From NCBI RefSeq assembly GCF_009914755.1, contig NC_060938.1: a stretch of 64,000 bases of DNA, one strand, 5' to 3'. Source of the DNA: the human T2T-CHM13v2.0 reference genome, Homo sapiens. Within the stretch, counting starts at the first letter, position 1; each line of letters begins with the position of its first letter. A program made the translations under genes and the position numbers. Positions 12,647 to 33,826 of the stretch are shown here, piece by piece. Below the pieces are notes generated by a model that saw only the letters and a program-made list of their open reading frames with translations, was not told the origin of the DNA and searched no databases.

Positions 12647-14750
12647 AAAACTTTCTAACTTCTTAGGCTTTAGTTTAATATCACTTTGGGCCTGTCCTAC
12701 AAGTGACGTATTCACTATACACTGATTTTCAGTGGCCTCAGGGTCAAACGGGGTGAAAGCCTGTATGCCTCACAGAATCTTTCATAAAACTGGTTAGGGC
12801 TCTCAACACTTCCTTGAAGCACTTCTGAAATCTTCTTTATATTAATGGCTTTCTTTCCATCATCTCAGCCTTTGCAGAAGTGCCTCTTGGTACCTCTGCA
12901 CATGCTGAAGCTGAGTTGCATCCCCTGGGTCCTAGTAAGGCTCTTGGTCTGGGAACTGATCTTGAGTGTATGCCTGAGCATGCACTGCATCTGCATTATG
13001 CCTGAGCATGCACTGTGCCTGCTGATGCCTGGGCTCCTAGCCAGCGTCTGGGAACTGACCTTGAGTGTGTGCCTGAGCATACACTGTCTGCTGATGCCTG
13101 GGCTTCTAGTCAGTGGAGAGCTTCCTGGCTTACTCTCCTTCATTCCTCAGTGTTAATGTGAGGAGGAGCTGCTGGCAGTCTGGTCAGCTTGGATTGTGTG
13201 TCAGAAAGATGGGTTGCATCAGATCTATAGGAGCTTGAGGCTTCTCCGTGTAGGAGGGAGTATGCTGTTTCCTGTTTAAAAGATCAGTGGTTGAAAAGGG
13301 CTGACTGATGAAAGTCCATTGCCTTGTTTGGACTTGGCCTTGGTCATCATAATAAATGGGTCCTCACGTCTCCTAGAGAGGCATTTGCAGAGCTTGAGCA
13401 CCGCCAGATCTGAGACAGCCTGCTTGACTATCTTGAATTCCTTCCCTGACCTCTCAAAGCTCTGATCCTCCCTTTTGGGGTGACACTTGGGGCATGCTGG
13501 CTCTTAAGTCTGGCTCCTGGGGGACTGTTGGACTCAGTAAAGGGGGGTAGGCTGGGACATGTGGAGGACGAATCTCTGTTCTTTCTGGCAGCTCCTGTAA
13601 AACTGACTTTTCTTGCTCTCTTTGGGACTTCTTTAACTCTGTGTCTGCCAGTGAAGCTGCTCTTACTTTCACTCTTGGCTGGGCTCAGGCCACACGTGTT
13701 TCAAAATAAACTGCTAAACAGGGCTGGATCCAGGCTGGTCTTGTCTGTGCTATATTTAACCACGAATCAATATAAGGAAATTGATCTGGATGCCTTGGGT
13801 GTCCTCTGACTCTTGTCACCACCTTAAATACACAGTCAATTATTTCCTTATCTATAGTACCTTCGGTCGGCCATCTAACACTAAAAGGCCATTCTAATTC
13901 ACAGAGAGTTCTCAACCTCTGTGGGGATAGCTTAACTACATAGTCCTCTGCAAAACCTTTCTTAAAGTTCTGTAACATTCACTCTAACAGGGTAAGTTTT
14001 GATGACTTTCTTCCTATTCTTTCTTTTATGGCACAGCACACTCTTTCCTCTCATTTCGGCCTAGTGTACCATCTCCTATTATGGGAGTTTTCAGAGGCTG
14101 CTTGGCTTTGGAGAGTTCCTTATTCCTGCTACAACTCTGAGCTGTAGGGCAGTTCTTATTAGCCATATGCAGATCGCTACTGTTTGTAGTCGGCCTTACA
14201 CTTTGCTCGGAGCACACAGTCTATGATAAGAGATCTGTGACTCCTTACTTTGTGGCTGATGAGTTTAATTAGGTCTTTTCATTCACACACTTTCACTCAC
14301 TTCTCTAATCCTAGTTCCTGTGTACCTAACTGGGGTGGCAAGCCACTCTCACCATGTCTAGTTTCTTTTTCTTAACTGAGTTAGCAAACCAGTCTCACAT
14401 CTTGTGTTTGTTGGGGTGTGGGTTTCATCTGAATTGGTGAGCCTTTCTCACCGCCTTTAGCCTCTCTGGGTTGGACTATTAGGCACACCTTGGGAGGTGA
14501 TCCAGCTCCTCTTCCATCCTTATGGGATGGGTCCTGCCTTGGGCCTTAAAACTTTACTGCAGTTCTTGAAGCGCACTGTTTCTGGAATCATCCTGGAGGC
14601 TTTCTTAAGGTTCTGTTGAGTGCTGGGTAGGGGCGCCGGGTCACGTGAAAGCTGATCTGCTCTCTGGGCTGAAGTTCTCCTGTTGGCGCCTGGGGCCACA
14701 GGTCTCCTGATGCCTGGGGCTCTAGCCCCTAGAGGCAAAGGAGACAGTAA

Positions 14751-19850
<5,100 letters not shown>

Positions 19851-19906
19851 GTTTTTAAAATTTTCGCTAATTTTCAGAATAGAACTTATTTCTCACTCAC
19901 CTTCCT

Positions 19907-20116
19907 ATGCAGATCGGTGAGGGGTATGTGGTACTCCAAAGATGCAGATCAGTGAGGGGCATGTGGTACTCCAAAGATGCAGGTCGGTGAGGGGTATGTG
20001 GTACTCCACAGATGCAGGTCGGTGAGGGGTGTGTGGTACTCTGCAGATGCAGGTCAATGAGGGGTGTGTGGTACTCCACAGATGCAGGTCAGTGAGGGGT
20101 ATGTGGTACTCCACAG
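19907..20116. repeat. 35-bp G-rich minisatellite, 6 copies
   Basis: Unit agatgcaggtcggtgaggggtatgtggtactccac. Confidence 0.95.
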
Positions 20117-21106
20117 AGTGCCTCAGGGACTAGGCTGTTGCTAGCTCTGACATCTTACAGCTGCTTCATCTAGAGCACATTGTAGGTTGCACAGCTGTAA
20201 GTGGACCACATAAGAGTAAATTTCCCCCTGTAACTTGATCAGGAGCTAGGCAGACTTAGGGGTAAGCCGATGCAACTGAGCTCGGTTCACATGCCATGAG
20301 GTGACCCCTTTTCCAGCTCCCAGGGTATCTCCTGGGTCCACAGAGAATTTTCTTCCTTCTGCCTCCTTGCTGGTTTGGACGTTGTTATTTAACCTGGCTC
20401 AGTCCTGCCTTCCAAATAGCTTTCCTTAAAAGTTTCCATAATATTTCCCACAATCAGAGGTCAAAACAGTCAATAACGGAAATTACTACCAAACTTGAAA
20501 TAGATGAAGATGAGTTAGTTTCCACTGAGGCAAGGTTCCAGTGGGGTTCTTGGGGCCTCAGACTTGGTGGTAGTGGGTTGCCAGTTGTGTGGAATTTGAA
20601 GCTAATCTGTAAGTTGGGAAAAATTTTGGATTTGGGGGCCGGTCATACTTCACTGGGATTTTGACAGGTAGAGGCCACCCTTCACCTGGTGGATAAGAAC
20701 GTTTGTGTCCAACAAAAACACTTGGTGGAACATGACACAGCTTTTGATCATCACTTTGCCCATGCTGGGGGCTTGTTTGTGGTGCTGAAAAAAACTGGAT
20801 TCCATGTATCTTTCCCCTGATTTTACTACTATGGAGAACTTAATTTAAAACGTGGCCGGTAATACTGTTTCTCTAAACATCGCCATTGAATACATTAAGG
20901 GAATTTCTCAGGGGAAAAAAACACATGACGTGCTTATGGGAGCAGCATGTGGCTGATTTGTAGTCTCCCTGAATGATAGGTGGCATCATTCCAAGGTTTT
21001 CTAATTTTTATATTTCATTTAGTCCAGTTTTAGACTTGACTATTCCAAGGTTTTCTGATTTTTATGTTTCATTTAGTCCAGGTTACTATGACTTGTGTTA
21101 CCCCAC

Positions 21107-21818
<712 letters not shown>

Positions 21819-22305
21819 GGTCAACTGAGAGCATGAATACCTCTTTGAATCAGGCCACTCCACTGTGAACTATGGCTCGTAATGATCATCATACCCCAAC
21901 AAAGACTATGACCAGTAGAACTTGAATACTGTAGTATTGAGTGGCCATGAAAGGACAGAGCATCCAGGAGAGAGAGCTGAGTGTGGCTGGATACTACCCA
22001 GGGTCTGTGAGGGAGCTGAGGATGGAAGAGAACCACCAAGGGTCTCAGTGAGGTTGGAGGGGCAGCACTGAGCTGAGGGCTGGAGGAGACCAAGGAGGAG
22101 CAACCCTGAGGACTGGAAATGACTGGGAGGACCTGAGGCGTTGATGATGGAGGAGTATAAGCCGGCAGCCAGCAGGACAGGCCAGGGGTCTCCTGGTGGC
22201 AGCAGGGTGCCGGGTACTGCCACAGGAGGCACCCCCTGTGTGCAGGTCCATGGGTTCCCAGTACCATTTCCTCTCACCAAGCATGTTAAAAATTCCATAG
22301 GGTGT

Positions 22306-22463
<158 letters not shown>

Positions 22464-22734
22464 TCAATGGGGCGGTTTAAGGACCCCCAGGTCAGATCCA
22501 CCCAGGACCCTAAGTCAGGCCTCAGACGTGGGCCCAGGCAAGAAATGCATGGCCTGGAATCCTTGCAAGTGTTGGCTCTTGGGTCCCCAACAGGTCTAGG
22601 AGCACAGCTTTGGCCAGAAGAGATTGGCAATTTCAGCCCTGGGACATTTCAGGTGGCATCTGGAGCTGTGGTTACCCCGGTGACACTGAACCAGGCTCTC
22701 TGTGCCCTTCACACAGACACCCAATTACTGAGAT

Positions 22735-24513
22735 GAGGGGCTTTGCAGTACAGATTTGTTCACTAAGATAAAGTCCACTGTTTGCATCCAATTATTTTTG
22801 TTATTGTTTTGCAAACCTAAATGTCTGTATCAATATCTCATGGCTAGGGTTCTGAAGCAAAAGCTACAGGATCTTTGTTTGTACGAGTGTGTATGTGTGT
22901 GTTTATGTGTATGTGCACGTATTTTGTTATGTGTTTTTGATCACAAGGCAACAAATTTGGCTTAAACTTAAAGAGTACTCATAAATTAAATAATTCGCCC
23001 AAATGGTTTTCAAGTTCACATGACTTATTGATCAAGCAATTTCGTACTTATCTCTGCCACATACTGTAAGTTGTCAGAATTTGACATAAAATTTATAAAA
23101 TTGGCCAGGCACACTGGCTTATGCCTGTAATTCCAACACTTTCGGAGGCCGAGGTGGTTGGATCACGAAGTCAGTTCGAGACCAGCCTGGCCAATATGGT
23201 GAAACCCATCTCTACTAAAAATACAAACATTAGCTGTGGTGGTGAGCACCTGTAGTCCCAGCTACTCAGGAGGTTGAGGCAGGAGAATCTCTTGAACCCA
23301 GGGGACAGAGGTTGCAGTGAGCTGAGTGTTGCCACTGCACTCCAGCTTGGGTGGCTGAGTGAGACTCCATCTCAAAAAACAAAATTATAAAACTATAAAC
23401 CCAGCCACCAAACAGAATTATCTCTGCTTGTGTAGCTTTTAAACCAATAAGATGTTAATATTGTGGGTTTAATGAAAATTGCTGAATCTTGAATTATTGG
23501 TAAAATAACCATGTATCTTAAGGTTCTTAGGTAATCACCTGAAACTCACAGGCTATAAAAATAGGATGGACATGAAATAGGCAGCTATGCCACCCTGGCA
23601 ACACTACAGGACAAAATAAAAATTGGGTGGCCACTGACTTGACCAGAAGGGGGACAGTGTTAACCAAAAGTGAAATTCTAAGGCCCCCCCAGTAGCCATC
23701 TGAATGGACCCCTCCTCTTGGTTGAGGCCATTCTGGAGTTATCCTGAAACTCTAGTTCAGGCAATGATGAAAGAGGGGGTTGGAGATGCCTCATTTTACC
23801 CCTCCAGCATTAACATCAATACAGACCTCAAGTGTAATAAGAAACATTTACAATATATTTTCTCTGAGGCCTGCGACCTGATGGCTTAATCTGCATGATA
23901 AAAGCTTGGTCTTCATAACTACTTATTGTAACACAGGCATTCCTTTCTACTAATAATAACTCTTTCAACTAATGTTTAAATTTACCTATGATCTGGAAGC
24001 TCCCCCCCCACCAGATCAAACCAATGAAAATCTTACATATTTTAATTGATGTCTCATTTCTCCCTAAAATGTATAAAAGTGGCTGTATGCAGTGGCTCAC
24101 GTCTGTAAACCCAGTACTTTGGGAGGCGGAGGCGGGTGGATCACAAGGTCAGGGGTTCGAGGACAGTCTGGCCAACATGGTGAAATCCCATCTCTACTAA
24201 AAATACAAAAATTAGCCGGCCGTGGTGGTGGGCCCCTGTAATGCCAGCTACTCAGGAGGCTGAGGCAGGAGAATTGCTTGAACCTGGGAGGCGGAGGAGG
24301 TTGCAGTGAGCCAAGATTGAGACACTGCCCTCCAGTGTGGGTGACACAGTGAGACTCTGTCTCAAAAAAAAAAATGTATAAAAGCAAGTTGTATCCCAAC
24401 CACCTTGGGCACATTTCATAAGAACCTCCTGAGGCTGTGTCATGGGTGTGTTCTTAACCTTGGCAAAATTATGTTTCTGAACTAAGACCTGTCTCAGATA
24501 TTTTGGGTTCACA
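22735..24513 (+). mobile_element. MER4-group ERV1 internal fragment plus MER4D/E-like 3' LTR (23658-24513), with Alus at about 23103-23380 and 24081-24373
   Basis: PPT agaagggggacag followed by tgttaaccaaaagtgaaattctaagg...ctgtctcagatattttgggttcaca. Confidence 0.7.
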
Positions 24514-24589
24514 CAGGAAACAAAAATATGATCATCATCTACATGTGGTTTCATAACATATTTTACTCATTTAAGGACATGTCATCAAT

Positions 24590-24830
24590 ACTGAGTAATT
24601 TTCATTGAATTCTTGCTATGTCCCAAGTACACTGTGTCCTGGGCACTTTACATTAAAACCCATTTAATCTTCCTAGAGATCCGTTTTACAGATGGGGAAT
24701 GTGGGGCTCAGAGCCCTTGATAATTTACCCAAGGCCACACAGACAGTAAGTATAGAGCTCAGATGTGAGTCCAGGTGAGCTTGCTCCCCAGCTGGAATTC
24801 TTAGCCATCACTCTACACTGCCTCTCTGAG
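24590..24830 (+). mobile_element. MIR
   Basis: Core motif ttttacagatgggga...ggctcagag...cccaaggccacac. Confidence 0.7.
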
Positions 24831-25251
24831 AAAGAAGATCCTTGAAATCCATTTTTATACCCTAAAGTTTGTGGAGTTGTCATTTGAATGTATGTGAATG
24901 AATTTAAATAATTAATTTCTTACCGATAGGCATCCAGATAATTACAGATGAATAAATGCATGCATCTGTGTGCATTCCAAATATTTCCTTTTGATAAATT
25001 CCTGGTAGTGGGATTGCTGCATGAAAATTTATCTTAAGTGCAGCAAGAAGTTAGAGCTTCCCAGAGCTGCGTGAAGGAGGACGATCTGTGTTCCCAGCCT
25101 ACTTTAGGGAGTTAGTGCTGATCTCGTGGTTTGTTAAGAGTGTGGACTGCAGATGCAGCCTCGTAACCCACAGCTCTGTTCAGAGTGCTCCTCTGCCATG
25201 GGTACTGCATCCCATAGGAGGGTGTGAAAGCACTGGTAATGGTGGTGGGAA

Positions 25252-25332
25252 TGCACCCCAGTTCTTACAGTGCACCCCAACCCCAGTTCTTACTGTGCAC
25301 CCCAGTTCTTACTGTACACCCCAGTTCTTACA
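25252..25332. repeat. Short ~20-bp tandem repeat, about 4 copies
   Basis: Unit ccccagttcttactgtgcac. Confidence 0.8.
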
Positions 25333-25656
25333 GACTTTGGCTGCTACTATTGGCTCAACCTGCATCTGGGGTTGCCCTTCAAGCAGCAGTGAAGAAAGTG
25401 GTAAAGAAAGAAAAATCTTTAGAAGGAGCTCCTATGTGGATTATGAGATTAGGGCTAATGAAAAGCATGTCCCCAAAGAAGAAAGGGGTATCCCAGCCCC
25501 TCTTCAATCATGAATAAACTTTTGAATGGTTACCTCATTTCTTGTAATTTCAGGTATATGTTTAATATCTATGAAAGGATTTGGAGCCCAATATTCAAAT
25601 TGATCTGTGTACATGCCTCCATATTTCTAATTCTAATTTAGATTTTCTCTAGCTCG

Positions 25657-26300
25657 TTGTGTTCCTGGACCAAACCAAGAGTCAGGCTGCTTGTTCTCAT
25701 GGTCCAGTAGTGAGATGTAGCCAAACTTGGAAAGAAGAGATTTTATTTCTGTAACCAGGTATAGGGAGAAGGCTGGGGGAAACATCACCAGACCAACTCA
25801 AAGTTACCAAGTTTTTCCAGTGCTTACATACCTTCTAAGCTGTATGTCTATGTGTAAGTGTGCATTTTCCTAAGGACAAAAGTGATTGATTCCATCTAAT
25901 CTATAACTAAGGTCTGGGTCCTGGAGACCTTCCTCTGGAGCCTCAGTAAGTTTACCTAATCTAGATGGGGTTCTGCTGCTGGAGGTGATTACCGTTATCT
26001 TGTCTCCAGCCAAGGTGTGGAGGTCTGTAGGAGTTTCTTCAGACATCCAATAGAAGATTTTTAATCCTAAATGCATCCTGGTGTGAGGAATGTAAGAATT
26101 TCTTTGTTATCTTGTTGCATTTCAAGGCTCAGGAAAGGCCTAGGCCAGACTTTTGTTTGGCTATTGTTATGTTCCAGCCTTTGTGTAAGGGCAACTTATC
26201 GTTCTGCCTTTAATATTTAACCTAACCAGTTCAGTCAATGTGGAAGCTATTGTCATGGAGGCCTGCCTGTTCAACTGTTAGTGAGACTTGCCCTGCTACA
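25657..26300 (-). mobile_element. ERV1-type solo LTR (MER4-group, family uncertain)
   Basis: LTR-like antisense text with tttatt signal, ending ctgctaca. Confidence 0.55.
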
Positions 26301-26467
26301 GTTTTGCTTCTCCTTTCCAGTATTTCTGAGATCAGCTGGAACCATCAACCGAAACAAGAAGCAAAGTCTCTCTAAAAGAAAATACACTTGTTTGGGAATA
26401 GAGCATTGAATAGAAATATGTGTGCCATAGTAAACCATGTGCATATGCAGGGAGGTAGAGACTCTGC

Positions 26468-27190
<723 letters not shown>

Positions 27191-30100
27191 AAAGACAAAG
27201 GTTTTCAAAGGAAACAATGAGGAAAGTTATATAATTGTTTTGAAATAATTATCCTTGGCTACAAAAATCAATAACAATCGTGATGCCAGTCCATGGTTGG
27301 AAGGCAGTAGTTACTGGGCAGATATCCTTACAGAATTTTTTTTTTTTTGTATAACATTGTCATGAACTTTGTGCAAGGTTGTAATTTTTGTAGAATCTTT
27401 TTCATCATCAGGCATGTACTGCTGAGAATGCTGTCTTCATGGCCTTCCCCAGCTCGAGCTGTCAGAGTTTTCTTATCACTAGTGACTCCATTTTGATTCA
27501 GACAATTTCACTTTTCCCTTTTGTGCTCCAGATCTTTTTCCAAAAGCATCACTGATCAATCATCTTTTAGTTTGGTTTTGATGGCCCTTGGTGCTAGGAT
27601 GGACCTATTTTGGTTTTTGGTCTCATCCCACATTGAGGCAGGGGGTAATTGGCACCTAAGAGTCAGTGTCAACATCCTTTTAGGCACATTTGGAGCAACA
27701 AGGGAGATTTAAAGGGTGTAGTCTTCAGGCTAAATCTACCTGGAGTTCATTATTAAGTTTGATTTTGTCTATTCTGTAGTCTTTTGCTATCATCTCAAAG
27801 TGCTGTACCAGTATTATTCTGTTAGGAGTTGTAATTTTGAAAAGAAACTTAAGTAATGGATACACAGTTTAAAAGGGAAATTATGAAATTAATACTAATA
27901 GGACAATTCTAGTTTGCATAATGGCTTTGAGCCATTAACCTAGGCTTACAGACAACTAATTGAATAAATAAAATAATCATAGGGAATCAGGGGAGATGGT
28001 GTAACCACGTGGCCTGTCTTCTTCTTTTGTGTCAATAAATTTCCAATTTCCTGGAGAAATTTATCCAGGTACAGCATATAGTATTGACAATAACACAGTC
28101 ATTTTCTCATTTAACCAAAGTATACTTATGAGCAGAAGCTATTGATTGTGAATTTTCATTCACATCATTATTCTGCCAAGTGAAAAATGTAGCATTAAGG
28201 AGGAGGGGTAAAAATCTCATCACATGGAGTCTTGTTCTAATGACCTGGGAAAATATGTTCTAATGACCTGGGAAAATCGGCAGGAAAACATTAACTTCTC
28301 CTGCTTTGTAGTTTGAATGTCTTTGGTCATGACATCAGTTGGTTTGGTGAACTCTTTCTGTGATCCATACACCAGGCATATGTTTATTCTTTAAAATTTA
28401 TCTAGTTGAAGCTCATAGGGCTTTAGTAACAGAGCAGCTTTTGCTTTTAGTTGGAGAGTTGTTGCCAAATTAGGAGAAATACATTAGGAAAATTCAGGAT
28501 CTAGTATAATCTACACTTAGATAACAAGAACTTGAAAAGAATGCACAGGTTTACAGTCTACTAACAGATGCATTATAGTTTTTCTTTAGAAACAGAACTT
28601 TCTCTCTACATTAATCTACATAAAGTTCAGGTTTAAAGACCTCTTGAGGCCAAAGCAAGGGAGGTTTTAGATTTTACTTACAATCTTAAAGATCTTGAGC
28701 CTGCCAGGAAGTGACAATTTTTACTAATTCACTGTCAGGCTGGAAGCACTGGAAGCCAGGCATTTTATGCACATTTTTAAATATGAGATTTCAGTCAAAA
28801 CCTTAATAATATAACCAATGTTTTCAATGGCATTCTGTTTATGAAGAGAAACAGATATTTATCGAGTAAAAATAAAAGAATATTCACAAATAGTTTCCAA
28901 ATTTTGGAGGAATCAAGTACGGAAACGAAATGAATGCTTGCATCTTTGTTCAAAAAAGTATACTTTACTGAATTTTTGTAAACTATAGGTAGCTTATGAG
29001 ATAAAGTTTTCTTAAAACTGGAAAGCAAAATATTTCAGAACCAATAATGTTTCAAATAAAAGTCATAAAAACATCATCTTTGTGAACCACTTAATTTCAT
29101 GTAATTGTTTTGTTTTGTTTAATCTTGATCAACAGTTTTGTAAACCCATCAGTTTATTTATTTGAGCTCTGGAGATTTTTATTTAGTCTACTGATCTTAA
29201 ATAATCAAAAATTTGGCCAGGCACAGTGGCTCACATCTGCAATCCCAGCACTTTGGGAGGCTGAGGCAGGTAGATCACTTCAACTTGGGAGTTTGAGACC
29301 AGCCTAGGCAATATGGAGAAATCCCATCTCTACAAAAAAAATACAAAAATTATCCAGGAGGCTGAGATTAGAGGATTGGGAGGTCAAGGATGCCGTGAGC
29401 CAAGACTGTGCCACTGCATACCAGCTTGGGCAACAGAGTGAGACCCTGTCTCAAAAAATTTATCAGAATTCTGTTTTCAAGAGTATTTGTTATTTTCTAT
29501 GAAAAGCAGTTTCGGACTATAGCAGATTGCAAATGCTTTTAGAGAAATTTTCAAAACAACTGTGAATGACAAAAACTTGGAATAGCCATGGTTTAAAATC
29601 TGATCAAAGGTCCCAATTGACAATGAAACTTGGTTACATGAAACCAGAATCATGACTGACTACATCACATCAGGACAATCAGACTTTTATTAATTTCAAA
29701 TTATGTTGGAGTAAAACACTGTTTTTCTAGATTTTTCAGGACATATATTTCAGCATCAGGACATAACAGCAGAGTTGGAATCACAGGAAAAAACTTACAA
29801 GAGTTGACAAAAGGTTGAAGGAAAGTTATCACCTCAGCCAAGCAAAATGTTATGCATTTTTAGGCAAGAAAAAGGGGAGCTGAATCTCCATCCTCAAACT
29901 AGGCAAATTAAATAGATCTCAAAAAGATATTTGACAGAAATGGAAATTGTAGTTTAGAAGATGGCTGTTAAGGAACAGATTTCAGAATTAAAACTCAAAA
30001 CCTCTTGTAATTTTATGAAAACTAAATCAATACTTTAAGAAAACCTTGTTCTAACATAGGTGACCACATTTTTTCAGTTTTGTATTAGTGTATTTTTAAT

Positions 30101-30602
30101 GCCAAAGCTCAATCCTTAGTAAGACTTATAATTTAATTTTCTTCTGATTGTAACCAACTTGGTCACAGGCAAAATATCTTGCATAAATTCTCTTTTCACA
30201 AATGAGTTACTCAGACCATTGGTGACGTGCTTGGGTTTTCCACTTTGTCCTGTACTTTCCCTCTTAAATAACTAGCCATTTTAGTTTAGGATGAAAATTT
30301 ACCACACAAGATTCTTTGCCATGTGAAATATTTCTTTTCTTTTCAACCTTCTCCTGTCTCCATCTCCCTATCAATAACTTTCTTCACCTCTCTCTCTTCT
30401 ACTTACTGGATCTTCTTTAACATTTCACTGTCTTTCCTGAATCAATATTTTGAAACAACCTTTAAATAACCTTTAAATTATATAAAATTATTATTTCTTT
30501 CTCAATAAAGAGCATATTTGTATGCATTTCTTATACATTTTTTCTTATTAAAAACTTATCCTACTTTTTAAGGCACACTTTTATATAGAATTATATATAT
30601 TA

Positions 30603-30800
<198 letters not shown>

Positions 30801-30813
30801 TTATTTTATTTGA

Positions 30814-30987
<174 letters not shown>

Positions 30988-31311
30988 TAACCATGTTGCC
31001 CAGAGTGGTCTCAAATTCCTGGGCTCAAGCAATCCACCCGCATCGGCCTCACAAAGTGCTGGGATCACAGGCATGAGCCACTGTACCTGCCCTATATTAA
31101 TTAGAATTTTAAACTTGTAGTAACCTTAAATTATAGTGAAAACTTAGGCAGCAAGAAATCTGTCACATATCAGTATTATCAGTATTTTATGGGTGAGAAC
31201 AATTTTATAGCAATATAGAAAGTTATATGGGTATAAAAATCCATGTAACATATCCACATAGACGTAACTCTAGGAAAAAGTTAACATAGCAACCAAAATT
31301 ATGACTAATAA

Positions 31312-32270
31312 TGTAGGGACCAGCCCCACAGGGTCTGTGGATTTTTCTCCCTGTGTGTGGAGATGAGAGATCATAGAAATAAAGACACAAGACAAAGAGA
31401 TAGAAGAAAATACAGCTGGGCCCAGGGGAACACTACCACCTAGACACAGAGACCAGTAGTGGCCCTGAATGCCAGTCTGCGTTGTTACTTATTGGATACA
31501 AGACAAGGGGTCAAGGTAAGGAGTGTGAGCCATCTCCAACGATAGGTAAGGTCACGTGTGTCACGTGTCCACCAGATGGGGGCCCTTCCCTGTTTGGCAG
31601 CTGAGGCGGGGAGAGAGAGAGACAGCTTATGCCATTATTTCTGCATATCAGAGACTTTTAGTACTTTCACTAATTTTGCTGCTGCTATCTAAAAGGCAAG
31701 CCAGGTGTACACAATGGAACATGAAAGCAGACTAGGAGCATGACCATTGAAGCACAGCATCACAGGGAGATGGTCAGGCCTCCAGATAACTGCAGGTGGC
31801 CCTGACTGATATCAGGCCCTCCACAAGAGGTGGCAGAGCAGAGACTTCTCTAAACTTCCCTGGGGAAAGGGAGACTCCCTTTTCCAATCTGCTAAGTAGT
31901 GGGTGCTTTTCCTTGGCACTGACACTACTGCTAGAGCACGGTTCGCTTAGGTCACAGGTGTCTTCCCAGAGCTGGCATTACCACTAGACCAAGGAGCCCT
32001 TGTCTTCTGGTCACTTCTCACTACGTCCCCTCAGCTCCTGTCTCTGTATGGTCTGGTTTTTCCTAGGTTATGATGGCAGAGTGAGGATTACTATAATATT
32101 GGAATAAAGAGTAACTGCTACAAACTAATGATTAATGATATTCATATATAATCATATCTATGATCTATATCTAGTATAACTATTCTTAATTTATATATTT
32201 TCTTTATTACACTGGAACAGCTCTTGCCCTTGGTCTCTTACCTCGGCACCTGGGTGGCTTGCCACCCACA
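31312..32270 (-). mobile_element. Solo LTR13
   Basis: Homologous to 7771-8763; 6-bp TSD taataa. Confidence 0.88.
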
Positions 32271-33619
32271 TAATAACAGATTTCTAGAAGAGACAAATAT
32301 AAAACCATTTGACCAGTAAACCCGGGTAAAACGTACACTGACCATTTTGAAGATATTTCTATTTATATTTTACCACTAATTTTAGAATAGTTTATTTATC
32401 ACAGATTAAGTCACATGAATTAAAAAGCATTTAGGTTAATTATTGTATATTTCATGAGGTCATTTATCTAAATAGACTTTCTTAAGGGATTTCAGGATCA
32501 CTACACCAGATTTTACCATGTAGACAAAACATATAACAAAATACATGTGTATATGCATAAACACATCTGACCACATATACACACACAAATAACAGATCTT
32601 ATGTTTTTTTTATTTAGACTTTTAGTCATGAGATAGTAATACTAATCCACCAGTTTATAAAAGACAGTTGGACCCAAATTATATTTTTTGGCAAAATGTA
32701 AAACATGGTTAAAATTTATTTGCCACGATAGGTAATCTAATAAGTGCTGTGAACCACAGTTTGGGTAAAGCAGTTTCCATGGCAGTTTGACTTTTTAAAA
32801 AACCTTTTTCACCTTTTCTTAAGTTTCAGATGAGTTTAGGGTTATATTTTCAATGTTTACATTTAAGCTGGGACTGGATAAATTGTATAAGAAAAATAAA
32901 ATCTCCATGTAACCTTGAATTACTAGCAAATCTATTTTCTGTTTGCCAGTGTGATTTGCTTGACTAGCAAGTGTGGACAGGAAAGATTTTTAGCGGTTCT
33001 AAATTATTTATAATTTTTGCTTTTGCGTGGCAGAAACAGCAAAATTTTTGTGTTAGACATACCTTAGATTATTGCTGTAAGGCCAAGATTTTGACCTGTT
33101 TGATCGGAAAGCCTAATTTCATAAATATTTATCTAGTTATTTTTTTCTTATATTAACTTCTAATGAAGTATTCTTTCATTGTACACAATTGTAAGTCAGG
33201 TAAACCTAAATTTATATTTCTTATTTTTTCTTAACACACGGTATTTTAGAATTAAATTTATATTTCTAAAGATTATCTCACTTGTTGATATCATGAAGCT
33301 GTTGTAATTTATAAAGCCATTAATTTGAAAACTCTTTAAGATTTGGGGCACAGGCCAGAATTCCATAAACAGTGAATGGGTAGAAGAAGAACAGAGAGAG
33401 GTATGCAGAGAACTTAGAAATCTCTACATATTAACTCTATAATTGCAGGTTTTTCAAATAATGACTATTGGAGATCTGTATTTTCCTTGATGTAATTTTC
33501 CCAGCAAGATAAACATATGAGTCATAATATGTAACCAGCTGGAGTCCCAGAAAACCTAGCATGCCTTAATGTTGGAGAATGCAATTTTGTTTTGTTTCTT
33601 GTTTTTTGTTGTTTTTTAG

Positions 33620-33826
<207 letters not shown>

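Larger units (their letters stand above)
11620..14017 (-). pseudogene. ERV gag remnant
   Basis: MA motifs LRTLCELEWP...WPTEGT...HPDQFPYIDSW; zinc knuckle GH*KDECP; inferred start codon reads ATA at 14015-14017. Confidence 0.85.
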
